Of a stretch of DNA of 64,000 nucleotides, positions 9,854 through 19,335 are shown piece by piece. The notes under the pieces were generated by a model. That model was not told the DNA's origin. It saw only the letters and a list, made by a program, of their open reading frames with translations, and searched no databases. Origin of the DNA: Candidatus Saccharimonadota bacterium (lineage in GTDB: Bacteria; Patescibacteriota; Saccharimonadia; Saccharimonadales; JAICHO01); the NCBI GenBank assembly GCA_025924835.1, contig JAICHO010000002.1, positions 604 to 64,603 on the forward strand, written 5' to 3'. Position numbers and translations under genes: made by a program. Numbering within the stretch: the stretch's first letter is position 1; every line of letters begins with the position of its first letter.

Positions 9854-12800
9854 GTGGTAAAGCAACTTCAATCAAGCGATTTTGTACATCTGCACAACCA
9901 CACCCAGTACAGTCTACTGGATGGGCTGACGCGCGTTAATCAGTTAATGGATTTTACGGCAGCACAGGGCATGGAAGCAATTGCCATGACAGATCACGGT
10001 AATATGTCAGGGGCTATAGATTTTTACAAAGAGGCAATAAACCATGAAATCAAGCCCCTCATCGGCATCGAAACATATGTGGCTGCCAGAAAACACACCG
10101 ATAAAGACGCAGCCAAAGACAAGAACCGTTATCATTTAATTATTTTAGCTATGAATGACATAGGCTACAAAAACCTTATGCGATTATCTACTATCGCTAA
10201 TATTGACGGCTTTTACTATTATCCGCGCATTGACCATGATTTGCTTGAACGCTATAACGAAGGCCTGATAATCCTAAGCGCATGTATGGGTGGTGAAATT
10301 GGCGATGCTTTAAAAGAGGGTCAGTACCTGAAAGCTAAAGAAACTGCCGGTTGGTACAAACACGTATTTGGGGATAGATATTATCTGGAAGTTCAAGACC
10401 ATGGCCATCCTAAGAATCCCATGCACAGTCAGCAACAACAAGATATCAACGAGCAAATTCTGCGCTTGTCGACCGAACTTAATATACCCGCCGTCGTTAC
10501 TGCCGACGCGCATTATTTACGTCACGAAGATCAAGATGCTCACGAGATTTTATTGTGTGTAGGCACGGGATCATTCTTAAGTGACCCGAAGCGGATGTCA
10601 CTAAAAGAATTTCCCCTACACGTAACGGAACCATCTGAAATTATTGCCAGGTGGGGTTCCGACCACCCGGATTTAATAGCCAATACTAAAAAGATTGCAG
10701 ATATGTGTCACGTTGAAATTAAGCTAGGCAGCTATCACATCCCTAAGTTTCACGTGCCTAAAAATGAAACAGAAAAAAGCTACCTGGACACGCTAACCTA
10801 TCAAGGCCTTGTGCGCCGTTACGCACCGACAACAAATCAGCAAGAAATCAACAAGCTGAGTTTAACAGGCTTAAAGAAGAAGCTTACCCCTGAAATCATA
10901 ACAAGGGCCGAGTATGAGCTCGGCGTGGTAGACGGAATGGGGTTTAACGGCTATTTTCTTATTGTTCAGGATTTTATAAATTGGGGGAAAAATCAGGGTA
11001 TTGTGTTCGGGCCGGGCAGAGGAAGCGGTGCCGGATCTATTGTTGCTTATGCGCTGCGCATAACAGAGCTTGATCCGCTTACTTATGATTTGCTATTTGA
11101 AAGGTTCCTGAATCCCGATCGCATAAGTATGCCTGATTTTGACGTTGATATTCAGGACACGCGCCGTGATGAGGTCATTCAATATTGTGTTGAACGCTAC
11201 GGCAGCAATCGTGTCGCGAATATAGTAACTTTTGGGCGAATGCAGGCGCGCAATGCCGTACGCGACGTGGCACGTGTTTTGCAGGTTCCATATACGGAAG
11301 CAGATAAATTAGCCAAAATGGTTCCCCAGCCGATTCAAGGCCGTCATATTCCGCTAGAGAAATCATTGCAGGAAAATCATGAATTAAAACATGAGTATGC
11401 CAGCAATGAGACATCGCGTATGGTACTTGATCAGGCTATACGTTTAGAAGGTACAATCCGCAGTCATGGCGTACATGCTGCCGGAGTTGTTATTGCCCCT
11501 GATGATATTGTTAACTTTGTGCCGCTTGAAATGGCTCAGAAAGGCGTCATCACTACACAATATCCCATGGGACCCATTGAAGAGCTTGGTTTGTTAAAAA
11601 TGGATTTCTTAGGATTATCAAACCTTACAATTATTAAAAATGCCTTACGCATTATTAAACGCGTTCACGGTAAAGACATAGATATCGGCACCTTGCCTTT
11701 AGATGATGCAAAAACATATGAACTTTTCCAGGCCGGGGATACGACAGGTGTTTTCCAGTTTGAATCTGCGGGTATGAAGCGCTACTTAAGACAGCTTAAG
11801 CCAACAGTATTTGATGATCTTATAGCTATGAACGCTCTCTATAGACCTGGTCCCATGCAATGGATAGATGACTTTATTTCCAGAAAACGAGGCGAAAAGA
11901 AGATAGAATACATCCATCCGGCTATGGAGCCAGCGCTTAAAACAACTTACGGCGTCATTGCTTATCAAGAACAAGTAATGCAAATAAGCAAGGAAATGTG
12001 TGGTTTTACAGGCGGCCAAGCGGACAGTTTGCGAAAGGGTATTGGCAAAAAAATCCCTGAAGTGCTTGCAAAATATAAATCTGAGTTTATTGAGGGTGCG
12101 ATAAAAACGGTGGGCGCAGATAGGACTTTAATGGAGCGGTTCTGGAAAAACCTGGAAGCATTTGCGTCATATGCTTTTCCCAAAGCACATGCCGCTTGTT
12201 ATGCCATGATCGCGTATCAAACCGCGTATTTAAAAGCAAACTATCCCGCAGAATTCATGGCTGCACTGATGACAAGCGATTATGATGACATTGATAGATT
12301 GGCGATAGAAATCACTGAATGTAAGCATATGGGGATTGAAGTGTTACAGCCGGACGTTAATGAGTCATTTAACGAATTTGCAGTGGTTCCTGATAAAAAT
12401 CAAATCCGTTTTGGACTGAGGGCGATTAAAAATGTAGGCTCCAATGCCGTTGACGAGATATTACGTGCCAGAGATACTATCGGTGCTTTTGACAACTTGG
12501 AGAGTTTTTTTACTAACGTAAATGTACGTACGGTAAACAAAAAAGCCCTGGAAAGTCTGATTAAAGCCGGAGCATTCGATAGCTTTACTGATCGTTCGGT
12601 ATTGATCCAAAATGCCGACGTGCTGCTTGCGTATGCCAGCAAGTTCCAAAAAGATGCTGCTAGCGGACAAACGGATTTGTTTGGAAATGAGATAAGTGAC
12701 GAACACACTAAGCCAAAGCTCAGGCTTAATGAAGCCGTTCCGACAATAAGTCAGCGTGAACAATTGGCATGGGAAAGAGAATTGCTAGGCCTCTATCTTA

Positions 12801-13462
12801 GCCAGCATCCATTGGCCTCATATGAGGTATTTTTAGCAGAACAAACGGTACCACTGAATACGCTCAAGCCGGAACATGATGGCAAATCACTGAGCGCGGG
12901 CGGCAATATTACTGATGTACGTGAAATTACTACCAAAAATGGCCAAAAAATGGCTTTTGTTAAACTGGCCGATCAATTCGGCGAGATAGAACTGGTACTG
13001 TTCCCTAATATCTATCAGCAGACCTTGGGTATCTGGGAACGGGATAGAATTATTTTAGCTAAAGGCAAGGTCACGTCTCAGGATAAAAATGGTATTGCAA
13101 CAGAAGAGATCAAAATGCTGGTAGATGACGCTAGAGAAATCACCGCTGAACAGGCGTCCGCCTATCAAGCCACAGGCAAAAAAGGACCGGCATTAAAAGG
13201 TCGATCTAAGCCCAAACCTAAAGCCGCGGCAGTCAATGTAAGCCCACAGAGAGTTTATGTGCGGTTAGTTTCAAGCGCAAATCAGGACAAACTAGTTTCA
13301 TTAAAGCAAACCATTGATGCTCATCCCGGAGATACCGAAGTTGTTTTAGTTATTGGCGAATCTCAAAAACAAATTATACGACTGCCCTCGCGAATCGCAC
13401 ATGATAGCGGTATAGAAGATTTACGTACCATTGTTGGATACGAACACGTTAAATTGCAGTAA
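9854..13462 (+). CDS. dnaE: DNA polymerase III alpha subunit
   Basis: 1202 aa with a PHP domain N-terminus (FVHLHNHTQYSLLDG), polymerase core motifs (FDVDI, GLLKMDFLGL) and a C-terminal OB fold. GTG start preceded by AAGAGGG. Confidence 0.95.
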   Translation: MVKQLQSSDFVHLHNHTQYSLLDGLTRVNQLMDFTAAQGMEAIAMTDHGNMSGAIDFYKEAINHEIKPLIGIETYVAARKHTDKDAAKDKNRYHLIILAMNDIGYKNLMRLSTIANIDGFYYYPRIDHDLLERYNEGLIILSACMGGEIGDALKEGQYLKAKETAGWYKHVFGDRYYLEVQDHGHPKNPMHSQQQQDINEQILRLSTELNIPAVVTADAHYLRHEDQDAHEILLCVGTGSFLSDPKRMSLKEFPLHVTEPSEIIARWGSDHPDLIANTKKIADMCHVEIKLGSYHIPKFHVPKNETEKSYLDTLTYQGLVRRYAPTTNQQEINKLSLTGLKKKLTPEIITRAEYELGVVDGMGFNGYFLIVQDFINWGKNQGIVFGPGRGSGAGSIVAYALRITELDPLTYDLLFERFLNPDRISMPDFDVDIQDTRRDEVIQYCVERYGSNRVANIVTFGRMQARNAVRDVARVLQVPYTEADKLAKMVPQPIQGRHIPLEKSLQENHELKHEYASNETSRMVLDQAIRLEGTIRSHGVHAAGVVIAPDDIVNFVPLEMAQKGVITTQYPMGPIEELGLLKMDFLGLSNLTIIKNALRIIKRVHGKDIDIGTLPLDDAKTYELFQAGDTTGVFQFESAGMKRYLRQLKPTVFDDLIAMNALYRPGPMQWIDDFISRKRGEKKIEYIHPAMEPALKTTYGVIAYQEQVMQISKEMCGFTGGQADSLRKGIGKKIPEVLAKYKSEFIEGAIKTVGADRTLMERFWKNLEAFASYAFPKAHAACYAMIAYQTAYLKANYPAEFMAALMTSDYDDIDRLAIEITECKHMGIEVLQPDVNESFNEFAVVPDKNQIRFGLRAIKNVGSNAVDEILRARDTIGAFDNLESFFTNVNVRTVNKKALESLIKAGAFDSFTDRSVLIQNADVLLAYASKFQKDAASGQTDLFGNEISDEHTKPKLRLNEAVPTISQREQLAWERELLGLYLSQHPLASYEVFLAEQTVPLNTLKPEHDGKSLSAGGNITDVREITTKNGQKMAFVKLADQFGEIELVLFPNIYQQTLGIWERDRIILAKGKVTSQDKNGIATEEIKMLVDDAREITAEQASAYQATGKKGPALKGRSKPKPKAAAVNVSPQRVYVRLVSSANQDKLVSLKQTIDAHPGDTEVVLVIGESQKQIIRLPSRIAHDSGIEDLRTIVGYEHVKLQ

Positions 13463-13507
13463 TGCTAGACGCGAATAATTCTGTATCAAGTCTTACATAT
13501 TGCCATT

Positions 13508-14512
13508 CTAGCGTATAAAACCGGTAGTTTTAGATAAAATGGCGCCGATTAGTACCATACTGACAAGTATTGTGTCCAATAAAGGATGATGCAAAACAAA
13601 TCGTTCGCTTCCTCTGATAATATGTCGTAACCCAGCCGCATGTTTAAGGAGCAACACAATCAAACAAAAGCCAGTAAGGAGACCGACACCGAATGATAAC
13701 CAGGGTGCCTTCCCGTCCGTCAGTGTCTGTGCCTTAGCAACTTTTAGCGTCTGTGGTTCCTGTGTGATCTTTTGGTCGGTTGTTACTGGCGATTTACTGA
13801 CAGGTTTATTTTCGGCTGTAGCTACTGCGGCCGCTGGTTGCTGCGTAACATTAACTGTCTTGGATGGTGCGGACGTAAGCGGTAAAGGAGCTGCAGGCGA
13901 AGCTGCGGCTTGTTGGTTGGATGCGGCCAATACCTGCGGCTTGCCGTACATAGCCACAACAACAGTTTCTGGTCCGCTGTTATTATAATCAGACCCATTC
14001 GCGAAACCGAAGCCTACGTCACTAAAATCTTTGTCCAGTAAGTTTTCCCGGTGGGGAGGACTATTCATCCATCCTATCACCGTGTCATTACTCGTATTGA
14101 ATCCGTACGCCAAATTTTCACCTGCCTTTAAATACTTGTAACCGGCATTATTAACGAAAACCCACGGTTCTTCACCATCTGGTGTGTTATGTGACCAGTA
14201 ATTGCGAGCAACCATATCATTAGCCTTTGCCTGAGCGGCAGCCGTTAAGGTTTGATTAAGCGTGAGGTCTGTTGTATTGTTTTGCTCGCGTTGCTGATTC
14301 GTGGCTACTAATAACTGATCTATGCTCATGCTAGTGGCATAAGCCAGAACGCCCGCTCTGCGATGAGCCGGTTGAGCCGTGCTAACCACAAACGTCGCAA
14401 TCACAATCAGAATTACTGGAATATATGGCCAGTAATGCCTGTGTTCACGTTTGTGGATGTGTTTTGGTTTGCTGAGCGCACGTATTTTGTGCGGCCGTTG
14501 GAGCATAAGCAT
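13508..14512 (-). CDS. Membrane-anchored CAP/SCP/PR-1 (YkwD-like) domain protein
   Basis: The N-terminal TM helix is followed by a CAP-domain-like segment (AAQAKANDMVARNYWSHNTPDGEEPW ... GWMNSPPHRENLLDKDFSDVGFGF). After that come an Ala/Pro/Thr-rich linker and two C-terminal hydrophobic helices. Confidence 0.7.
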   Translation of the reverse strand: MLMLQRPHKIRALSKPKHIHKREHRHYWPYIPVILIVIATFVVSTAQPAHRRAGVLAYATSMSIDQLLVATNQQREQNNTTDLTLNQTLTAAAQAKANDMVARNYWSHNTPDGEEPWVFVNNAGYKYLKAGENLAYGFNTSNDTVIGWMNSPPHRENLLDKDFSDVGFGFANGSDYNNSGPETVVVAMYGKPQVLAASNQQAAASPAAPLPLTSAPSKTVNVTQQPAAAVATAENKPVSKSPVTTDQKITQEPQTLKVAKAQTLTDGKAPWLSFGVGLLTGFCLIVLLLKHAAGLRHIIRGSERFVLHHPLLDTILVSMVLIGAILSKTTGFIR

Positions 14513-14530
14513 AGTGTAACTATATTTATA

Positions 14531-15031
14531 TTATTTCGCAAACCGGCAATGGTATAGGGCCATGGCTGCGGCTTGAACAACATTGAACGACTCCTTTTGA
14601 CCGAACATTGGTATTTCTACTACGGTATTACAAATTTCTAGTACGCCGGCTTCTATACCGTCTGTTTCACGCCCGACAATTAAAGCCATTCGCTCAGGCA
14701 CCTGTAGTTGGGCTAACGGTACGCTGTTCGGAGCCTGTTCTAGGCCCGCAATAACATAGGCTGCTTGTTTAAGTTCCTGAATCACAGCTGTAATATCATG
14801 GCGGTGGTTCCACTCTAAGGTTTGTTCGGCTCCTAGCGCCGTTTTTTGTATTTGGCGATGTGCTTTGGCTGCAATATGTGGCAATCGTTCATCGGGGGTA
14901 CTCAATGGATATGGCGTGTAACCTGTGAGATATACCTTCCTGACTCCTAGGCCTTCCGCTGTGCGCAACAGCGAACCGACATTATGGCAGCTTCGTACAT
15001 TGTGAATAATGAGAATTATAGCTCTATCCAT
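14531..15031 (-). CDS. SpoU/TrmH-family RNA 2'-O-methyltransferase
   Basis: 166 aa with IHNVRSCHNVGSLLRTAEGLG and a C-terminal IPMFGQKESFNVVQAAAMALY, typical of SPOUT methylases. Confidence 0.8.
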   Translation of the reverse strand: MDRAIILIIHNVRSCHNVGSLLRTAEGLGVRKVYLTGYTPYPLSTPDERLPHIAAKAHRQIQKTALGAEQTLEWNHRHDITAVIQELKQAAYVIAGLEQAPNSVPLAQLQVPERMALIVGRETDGIEAGVLEICNTVVEIPMFGQKESFNVVQAAAMALYHCRFAK

Positions 15032-15091
15032 ACGGGTAGTGTATTCATATATGTTGGTAGTGACCAGTGCTTATGTTTAAATACTTAGTAT

Positions 15092-16693
15092 ATGAGTCAG
15101 GATGCTCGACGCGATGAAGAAGCAAACACCGAACGCCGTGCCCAAATTTTGGGGCTTGTCTATACGAATACCTCGGGGACGGCTAAAAAACAGCTATATA
15201 AAGACCTACTAACCCTACATGATTTATATGCATTGCGCGTCATACCGCTTATCGCGGATGATCACAACATAACTTTCGGTGTAACCAATACGACCTCCCA
15301 GCAAACAATGCTAATGCTGAGACAACAATTTTTAGATCAGCGAGTCGGATTTACACTGATATCCGACACCGGCTTTCGGGAATACATGAAACTCTACGAT
15401 CCACCAAAAAAGATTGAATATCATGAAATAGCTTTGAGCGCAGCCGGTAGTGAAGAGCAAATTAAGCAAGTCTCTACCATCCTGGCGCAGGTTAAGGCCG
15501 ACGACATGCTGGCTTATTTGGTGCAGCAGGCTCATCGCTTGAATGCGTCTGACATTCACCTTGAGACACAGCACGATCATGCTCGCATCAGATTTCGTAT
15601 TGATGGCGTGCTCCACAGGATTGCTGAAATAGGTATAGACAAGTATCGGATACTAATTTCCGCTATTGCCACTGCGGGTAATATCTCTACTGCTGCTACG
15701 GATGCTCAGCAAGGACATATCGCGCAGCTTGTACACATGGCCGACGGCACACCGGTGGATGTTAATGTACGCCTAGAAACCGTACCAACTATTAATGGCA
15801 TTGACGTTGTGATGCGATTATTCAATTTGGATCAATCAATGTATAGCCTTGATCGGCTAGGATTGTCGGAGCACGAACGGCTCATTGTTGATGAAATTAT
15901 TGCGAAACCCAGTGGCCTTGTGCTGGTAGTAGGCCCCACTGGCTCCGGCAAGACCACCACGCTTTATTCAATGTTGAATAGCCTCAATACGGAAGAGCGC
16001 AAGATCATCACTATTGAAGACCCAGTAGAATATCAGTTTGCGGGTATCACGCAAATATCTGTAACGACCCAAAACGCCGGTCAGACCAGCTTTGCTGACA
16101 AGCTTCGGGCAGTGCTACGTCTTGATCCAGACATTGTAATGGTGGGCGAAGTACGCGATAACGATACGGCAAAAACGGCTTTGCAAGCCGCACTAACCGG
16201 GCACTTGGTCCTATCCACCTTTCACGCCAGTTCAGCGGCGGCAGCATTGACGCGGTTGATGGATGTCGTGGGTGAAAATCCTTTATTCGTGTCGGCTATT
16301 CGACTTATCATGGCCCAACGGTTGGTGAGACGTTTGGATGATTCATCCAAGGTTGCTTACCAACCGGATGAACAGACCTTAGCTTTCCTGCAGCGCATTA
16401 TTGATACTTTCCCAGCTGATACACCAAAACCGCAGCTGAGCGGGCTGCAGCTGTATAAACCAGGTAGCTCACCCGACAACCCATATGGCTTTAGTGGCCA
16501 AATAGCCTTGCGCGAACAGTTTATGATGAAGAATCAGGTCGCCGAAGTCTTATCTCAGGCACGCCGCCCGACAACCCAGGAAATAGAAGCGGCGGCTATA
16601 GCGAGCGGCATGAGGACCATGCTGCAAGACGGAGTGCTCAAAGTTATTGCCGGTCACACTACGCTGGATGAAATATTCCGTGTTATCGGCTAA
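15092..16693 (+). CDS. pilB: Type IV pilus / type II secretion family ATPase (PilB/GspE-like)
   Basis: 533 aa with a T2SSE N-terminal domain, Walker A GPTGSGKTTT, an Asp box, Walker B (DPDIVMVGEVRD) and a His box (TGHLVLSTFH). Confidence 0.85.
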   Translation: MSQDARRDEEANTERRAQILGLVYTNTSGTAKKQLYKDLLTLHDLYALRVIPLIADDHNITFGVTNTTSQQTMLMLRQQFLDQRVGFTLISDTGFREYMKLYDPPKKIEYHEIALSAAGSEEQIKQVSTILAQVKADDMLAYLVQQAHRLNASDIHLETQHDHARIRFRIDGVLHRIAEIGIDKYRILISAIATAGNISTAATDAQQGHIAQLVHMADGTPVDVNVRLETVPTINGIDVVMRLFNLDQSMYSLDRLGLSEHERLIVDEIIAKPSGLVLVVGPTGSGKTTTLYSMLNSLNTEERKIITIEDPVEYQFAGITQISVTTQNAGQTSFADKLRAVLRLDPDIVMVGEVRDNDTAKTALQAALTGHLVLSTFHASSAAAALTRLMDVVGENPLFVSAIRLIMAQRLVRRLDDSSKVAYQPDEQTLAFLQRIIDTFPADTPKPQLSGLQLYKPGSSPDNPYGFSGQIALREQFMMKNQVAEVLSQARRPTTQEIEAAAIASGMRTMLQDGVLKVIAGHTTLDEIFRVIG

Positions 16694-16706
16694 TTATTCT
16701 TGAGCT

Positions 16707-17840
16707 TTACGTAATAATTTTGGCGATCGCCGGAACGAGTCGTTTTTCCAGCACACTGGGGATAATTTTGTTATGCGTGGGTGACTTAACGAGGGCGGCG
16801 ATTACTTCCGCGGCTGCAATTTTGTGTTGGTCGGTTATTTTAGCGACATGATTATCAAGTGCGCCCCGAAAAATACCAGGAAAAGCCAGGGCATTATTAA
16901 CTTGATTCGGAAAATCACTCCGGCCGGTAGCAATGATAGCAGCTCCCGCGCTGATGGCTGCTTCAGGCATTATCTCAGGTGTTGGGTTTGCCATGGCAAA
17001 AATGATCGGGTCCTTGGCCATAAGCGCGACCATGTCTGTGGTCAAAAGCCCCGCTTTTGAAACGCCGATAAATACATCCGCGCCTCTTAGTGCGTCAGCT
17101 ATGCTACCGTGCAGATCGGCTTTATTGGTAAATTTTAACAAACTGTACTTGTCATTATTTAAATCGGCACGCGCAGAACTGATTATGCCACGTGAATCCA
17201 CGGCCAGAATCTCCGGGCTCGCGTACAGATTAAGAAGCTTCATTATGGCTGTACCTGCCGCTCCCGCGCCGACGCAGACTATCCGGCAGTCGGTCAGAGT
17301 GCGTTTGGTTACCTTCATGGCATTAATGAGCCCCGCTAGTACGACCACCGCGGTACCGTGCTGATCGTCGTGCATAACGGGTATTGGTACGGTTGCTTTA
17401 ATGCGGTCTTCCACTTCAAAACACACCGGGGCGGCAATATCCTCCAAGTTGATGCCACCAAAGCTTGGTGCAATTGCTTGTACGGCGGTGACAATTTCAT
17501 CGGCAGTGTGAACGTTTAGCACAATCGGTACCGCGTCAATCCCCGCAAAGTGTTTAAATAGCATGGCTTTGCCTTCCATGACGGGCAGTGCGCCGTATGG
17601 GCCGATATCACCCAGCCCAAGCACTGCCGAACCGTCAGAAATGACTGCCACAGAATTATTGAGCCATGTATAATCCCGTGCTTCATCGGGATGCTCGGCG
17701 ACATAACTGCTGACACTTGCTACTCCGGGGGTGTAATAGATGCTGAGCTTATCCTGTGTGTCAAGGTCATCTTTAAGCTCCACAGCGATTTTGCCTTTTA
17801 ATTCTTTATGTCGCGCCAACACTTGTGCACCTTTATCCAT
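16707..17840 (-). CDS. NAD(P)-dependent malic enzyme (short form, no PTA domain)
   Basis: 377 aa with LSIYYTPGVA, GSAVLGLGDIG, and a Rossmann motif VCVGAGAAG. Confidence 0.85.
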   Translation of the reverse strand: MDKGAQVLARHKELKGKIAVELKDDLDTQDKLSIYYTPGVASVSSYVAEHPDEARDYTWLNNSVAVISDGSAVLGLGDIGPYGALPVMEGKAMLFKHFAGIDAVPIVLNVHTADEIVTAVQAIAPSFGGINLEDIAAPVCFEVEDRIKATVPIPVMHDDQHGTAVVVLAGLINAMKVTKRTLTDCRIVCVGAGAAGTAIMKLLNLYASPEILAVDSRGIISSARADLNNDKYSLLKFTNKADLHGSIADALRGADVFIGVSKAGLLTTDMVALMAKDPIIFAMANPTPEIMPEAAISAGAAIIATGRSDFPNQVNNALAFPGIFRGALDNHVAKITDQHKIAAAEVIAALVKSPTHNKIIPSVLEKRLVPAIAKIIT

Positions 17841-17942
17841 AACACTATTGTAATGGCTTTTATCACCCGTGCCTGTTTCATTATGACAACAGATGTGGTA
17901 TGCTTGACCTAAAGAGTTAAATTATGTAAGGTTTATTGGTCT

Positions 17943-18383
17943 ATGGAATCTGTTATTCAACAAATCAATCAGAAATACCGTAAAGCACAAGTCGTAGATG
18001 TACGCTCCGGCGATACAGTAAAGGTCCACCAACGGATCAAAGAAGGCAGCAAAGAACGTATTCAGATTTTCCAAGGTTTAGTAATCCGGACCGACCGTAA
18101 AGATAGCCACACGAGCCGTATAACCGTACGCCGCATTGCTAGTGGTGTTGGCGTAGAAAAAAGCTTTATGTTACACAGTCCGTTAGTCGCAAAAATTGAA
18201 GTTACAAAACGCAGCAAAGTCCGTCGTAACTACTTGACCTACATGCGTGAGCGTACCGGAAAATCAGCACGACTTATCGGCCGCGCCTTTGATCAAGAAG
18301 CTGTGAATGCTATACCGGAGCCTGTTAAGGAAGCAACAGCCTCCACAGACGACGAGGCCACAGATACGGAAACCGAAGCCTAA
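17943..18383 (+). CDS. rplS: 50S ribosomal protein L19 with an acidic C-terminal extension
   Basis: L19 core (VRSGDTVKVHQRIKEGSKERIQIFQG...RRIASGVGVEK). It is about 30 aa longer than typical, ending in EATASTDDEATDTETEA. Confidence 0.9.
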   Translation: MESVIQQINQKYRKAQVVDVRSGDTVKVHQRIKEGSKERIQIFQGLVIRTDRKDSHTSRITVRRIASGVGVEKSFMLHSPLVAKIEVTKRSKVRRNYLTYMRERTGKSARLIGRAFDQEAVNAIPEPVKEATASTDDEATDTETEA

Positions 18384-18448
18384 GCAATCGACTTATAGCT
18401 ACGCTTTTGGTTATATCTCATCCTAACTTTTGATACTATATTACGTAT

Positions 18449-19006
18449 ATGACTGTCATTGTAGGTATTGACGAGGTTGGGAGAGGGAGTTGGGCGGGAC
18501 CAGTCGTGGCCGCGGCCGTTATACTTCATAAGCCGATTGCTGGGCTGAATGACTCCAAGCTGCTCAGCAAAAAAATGCGCATCGCATTGGCTGAAGAGAT
18601 TAAATTAACGGCTCACTACGGCGTGGGCTGGGTAAGCGCGGCTGTAGTTGACCAACATGGCTTAACTGCCGCCGTACGCTCAGCCATGCAAAGCGCGCTT
18701 GATCAGATTACCGAGAGCTATGACGAGATAATTATTGACGGTAATTATAATTACTTGTCTGAAACTCCTAAGTCGGTGTCATTAATTAAAGCTGATATGT
18801 TAATAGCTGCCGTTAGCGCGGCAAGTATTCTAGCCAAGGTCGCACGTGATCAATACATGACCGACCAGGCGCAATTATTTCCGGGTTACGGCTTTGAACG
18901 CCATGTGGGTTACGGTACGACCATTCACAGTGTGGCGCTGCAAAAGCTGGGCACCTGTGAGCTGCATCGTCGCAGTTATAAGCCCATTCAGGCAATGACT
19001 GCATGA
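18449..19006 (+). CDS. rnhB: Ribonuclease HII
   Basis: VGIDEVGRGSWAGPVVAAAV (DEVGRG active-site motif) and a length of 185 aa. Confidence 0.9.
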   Translation: MTVIVGIDEVGRGSWAGPVVAAAVILHKPIAGLNDSKLLSKKMRIALAEEIKLTAHYGVGWVSAAVVDQHGLTAAVRSAMQSALDQITESYDEIIIDGNYNYLSETPKSVSLIKADMLIAAVSAASILAKVARDQYMTDQAQLFPGYGFERHVGYGTTIHSVALQKLGTCELHRRSYKPIQAMTA

Positions 19007-19335
19007 CAAATTACGCCGCTGGCCACGACGCCGAAAAAACGGCAGCGGACTACTTAAGGCGTCACGGATACAAAATTCTGGAGCTTAATTGGCGTACAAA
19101 GTATTGTGAAATAGATATTGTCGCGCAAAAGTCAGGCATCGTGTATTTAGTTGAAGTAAAATATCGGCGGTCTATCGCATATGGCAGCGGCCTAGAGTAT
19201 ATTACGCCTAAAAAATTACAACAGATGAAGTTTGCAGCCGAAATGTGGGTAAACCATAAAAACTGGACTAAAGACTATCGATTAGCGGCCATCGGAATTG
19301 ACGGATCAGTTATTGAGCTTGTTTATATTGACTAA
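19003..19335 (+). CDS. yraN: YraN-family (UPF0102) endonuclease-like protein
   Basis: 110 aa with GHDAEKTAADYLRRHGYKILELNWR..EIDIVA...VEVKYR. The ATGA start overlaps rnhB. Confidence 0.8.
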   Translation: MTNYAAGHDAEKTAADYLRRHGYKILELNWRTKYCEIDIVAQKSGIVYLVEVKYRRSIAYGSGLEYITPKKLQQMKFAAEMWVNHKNWTKDYRLAAIGIDGSVIELVYID

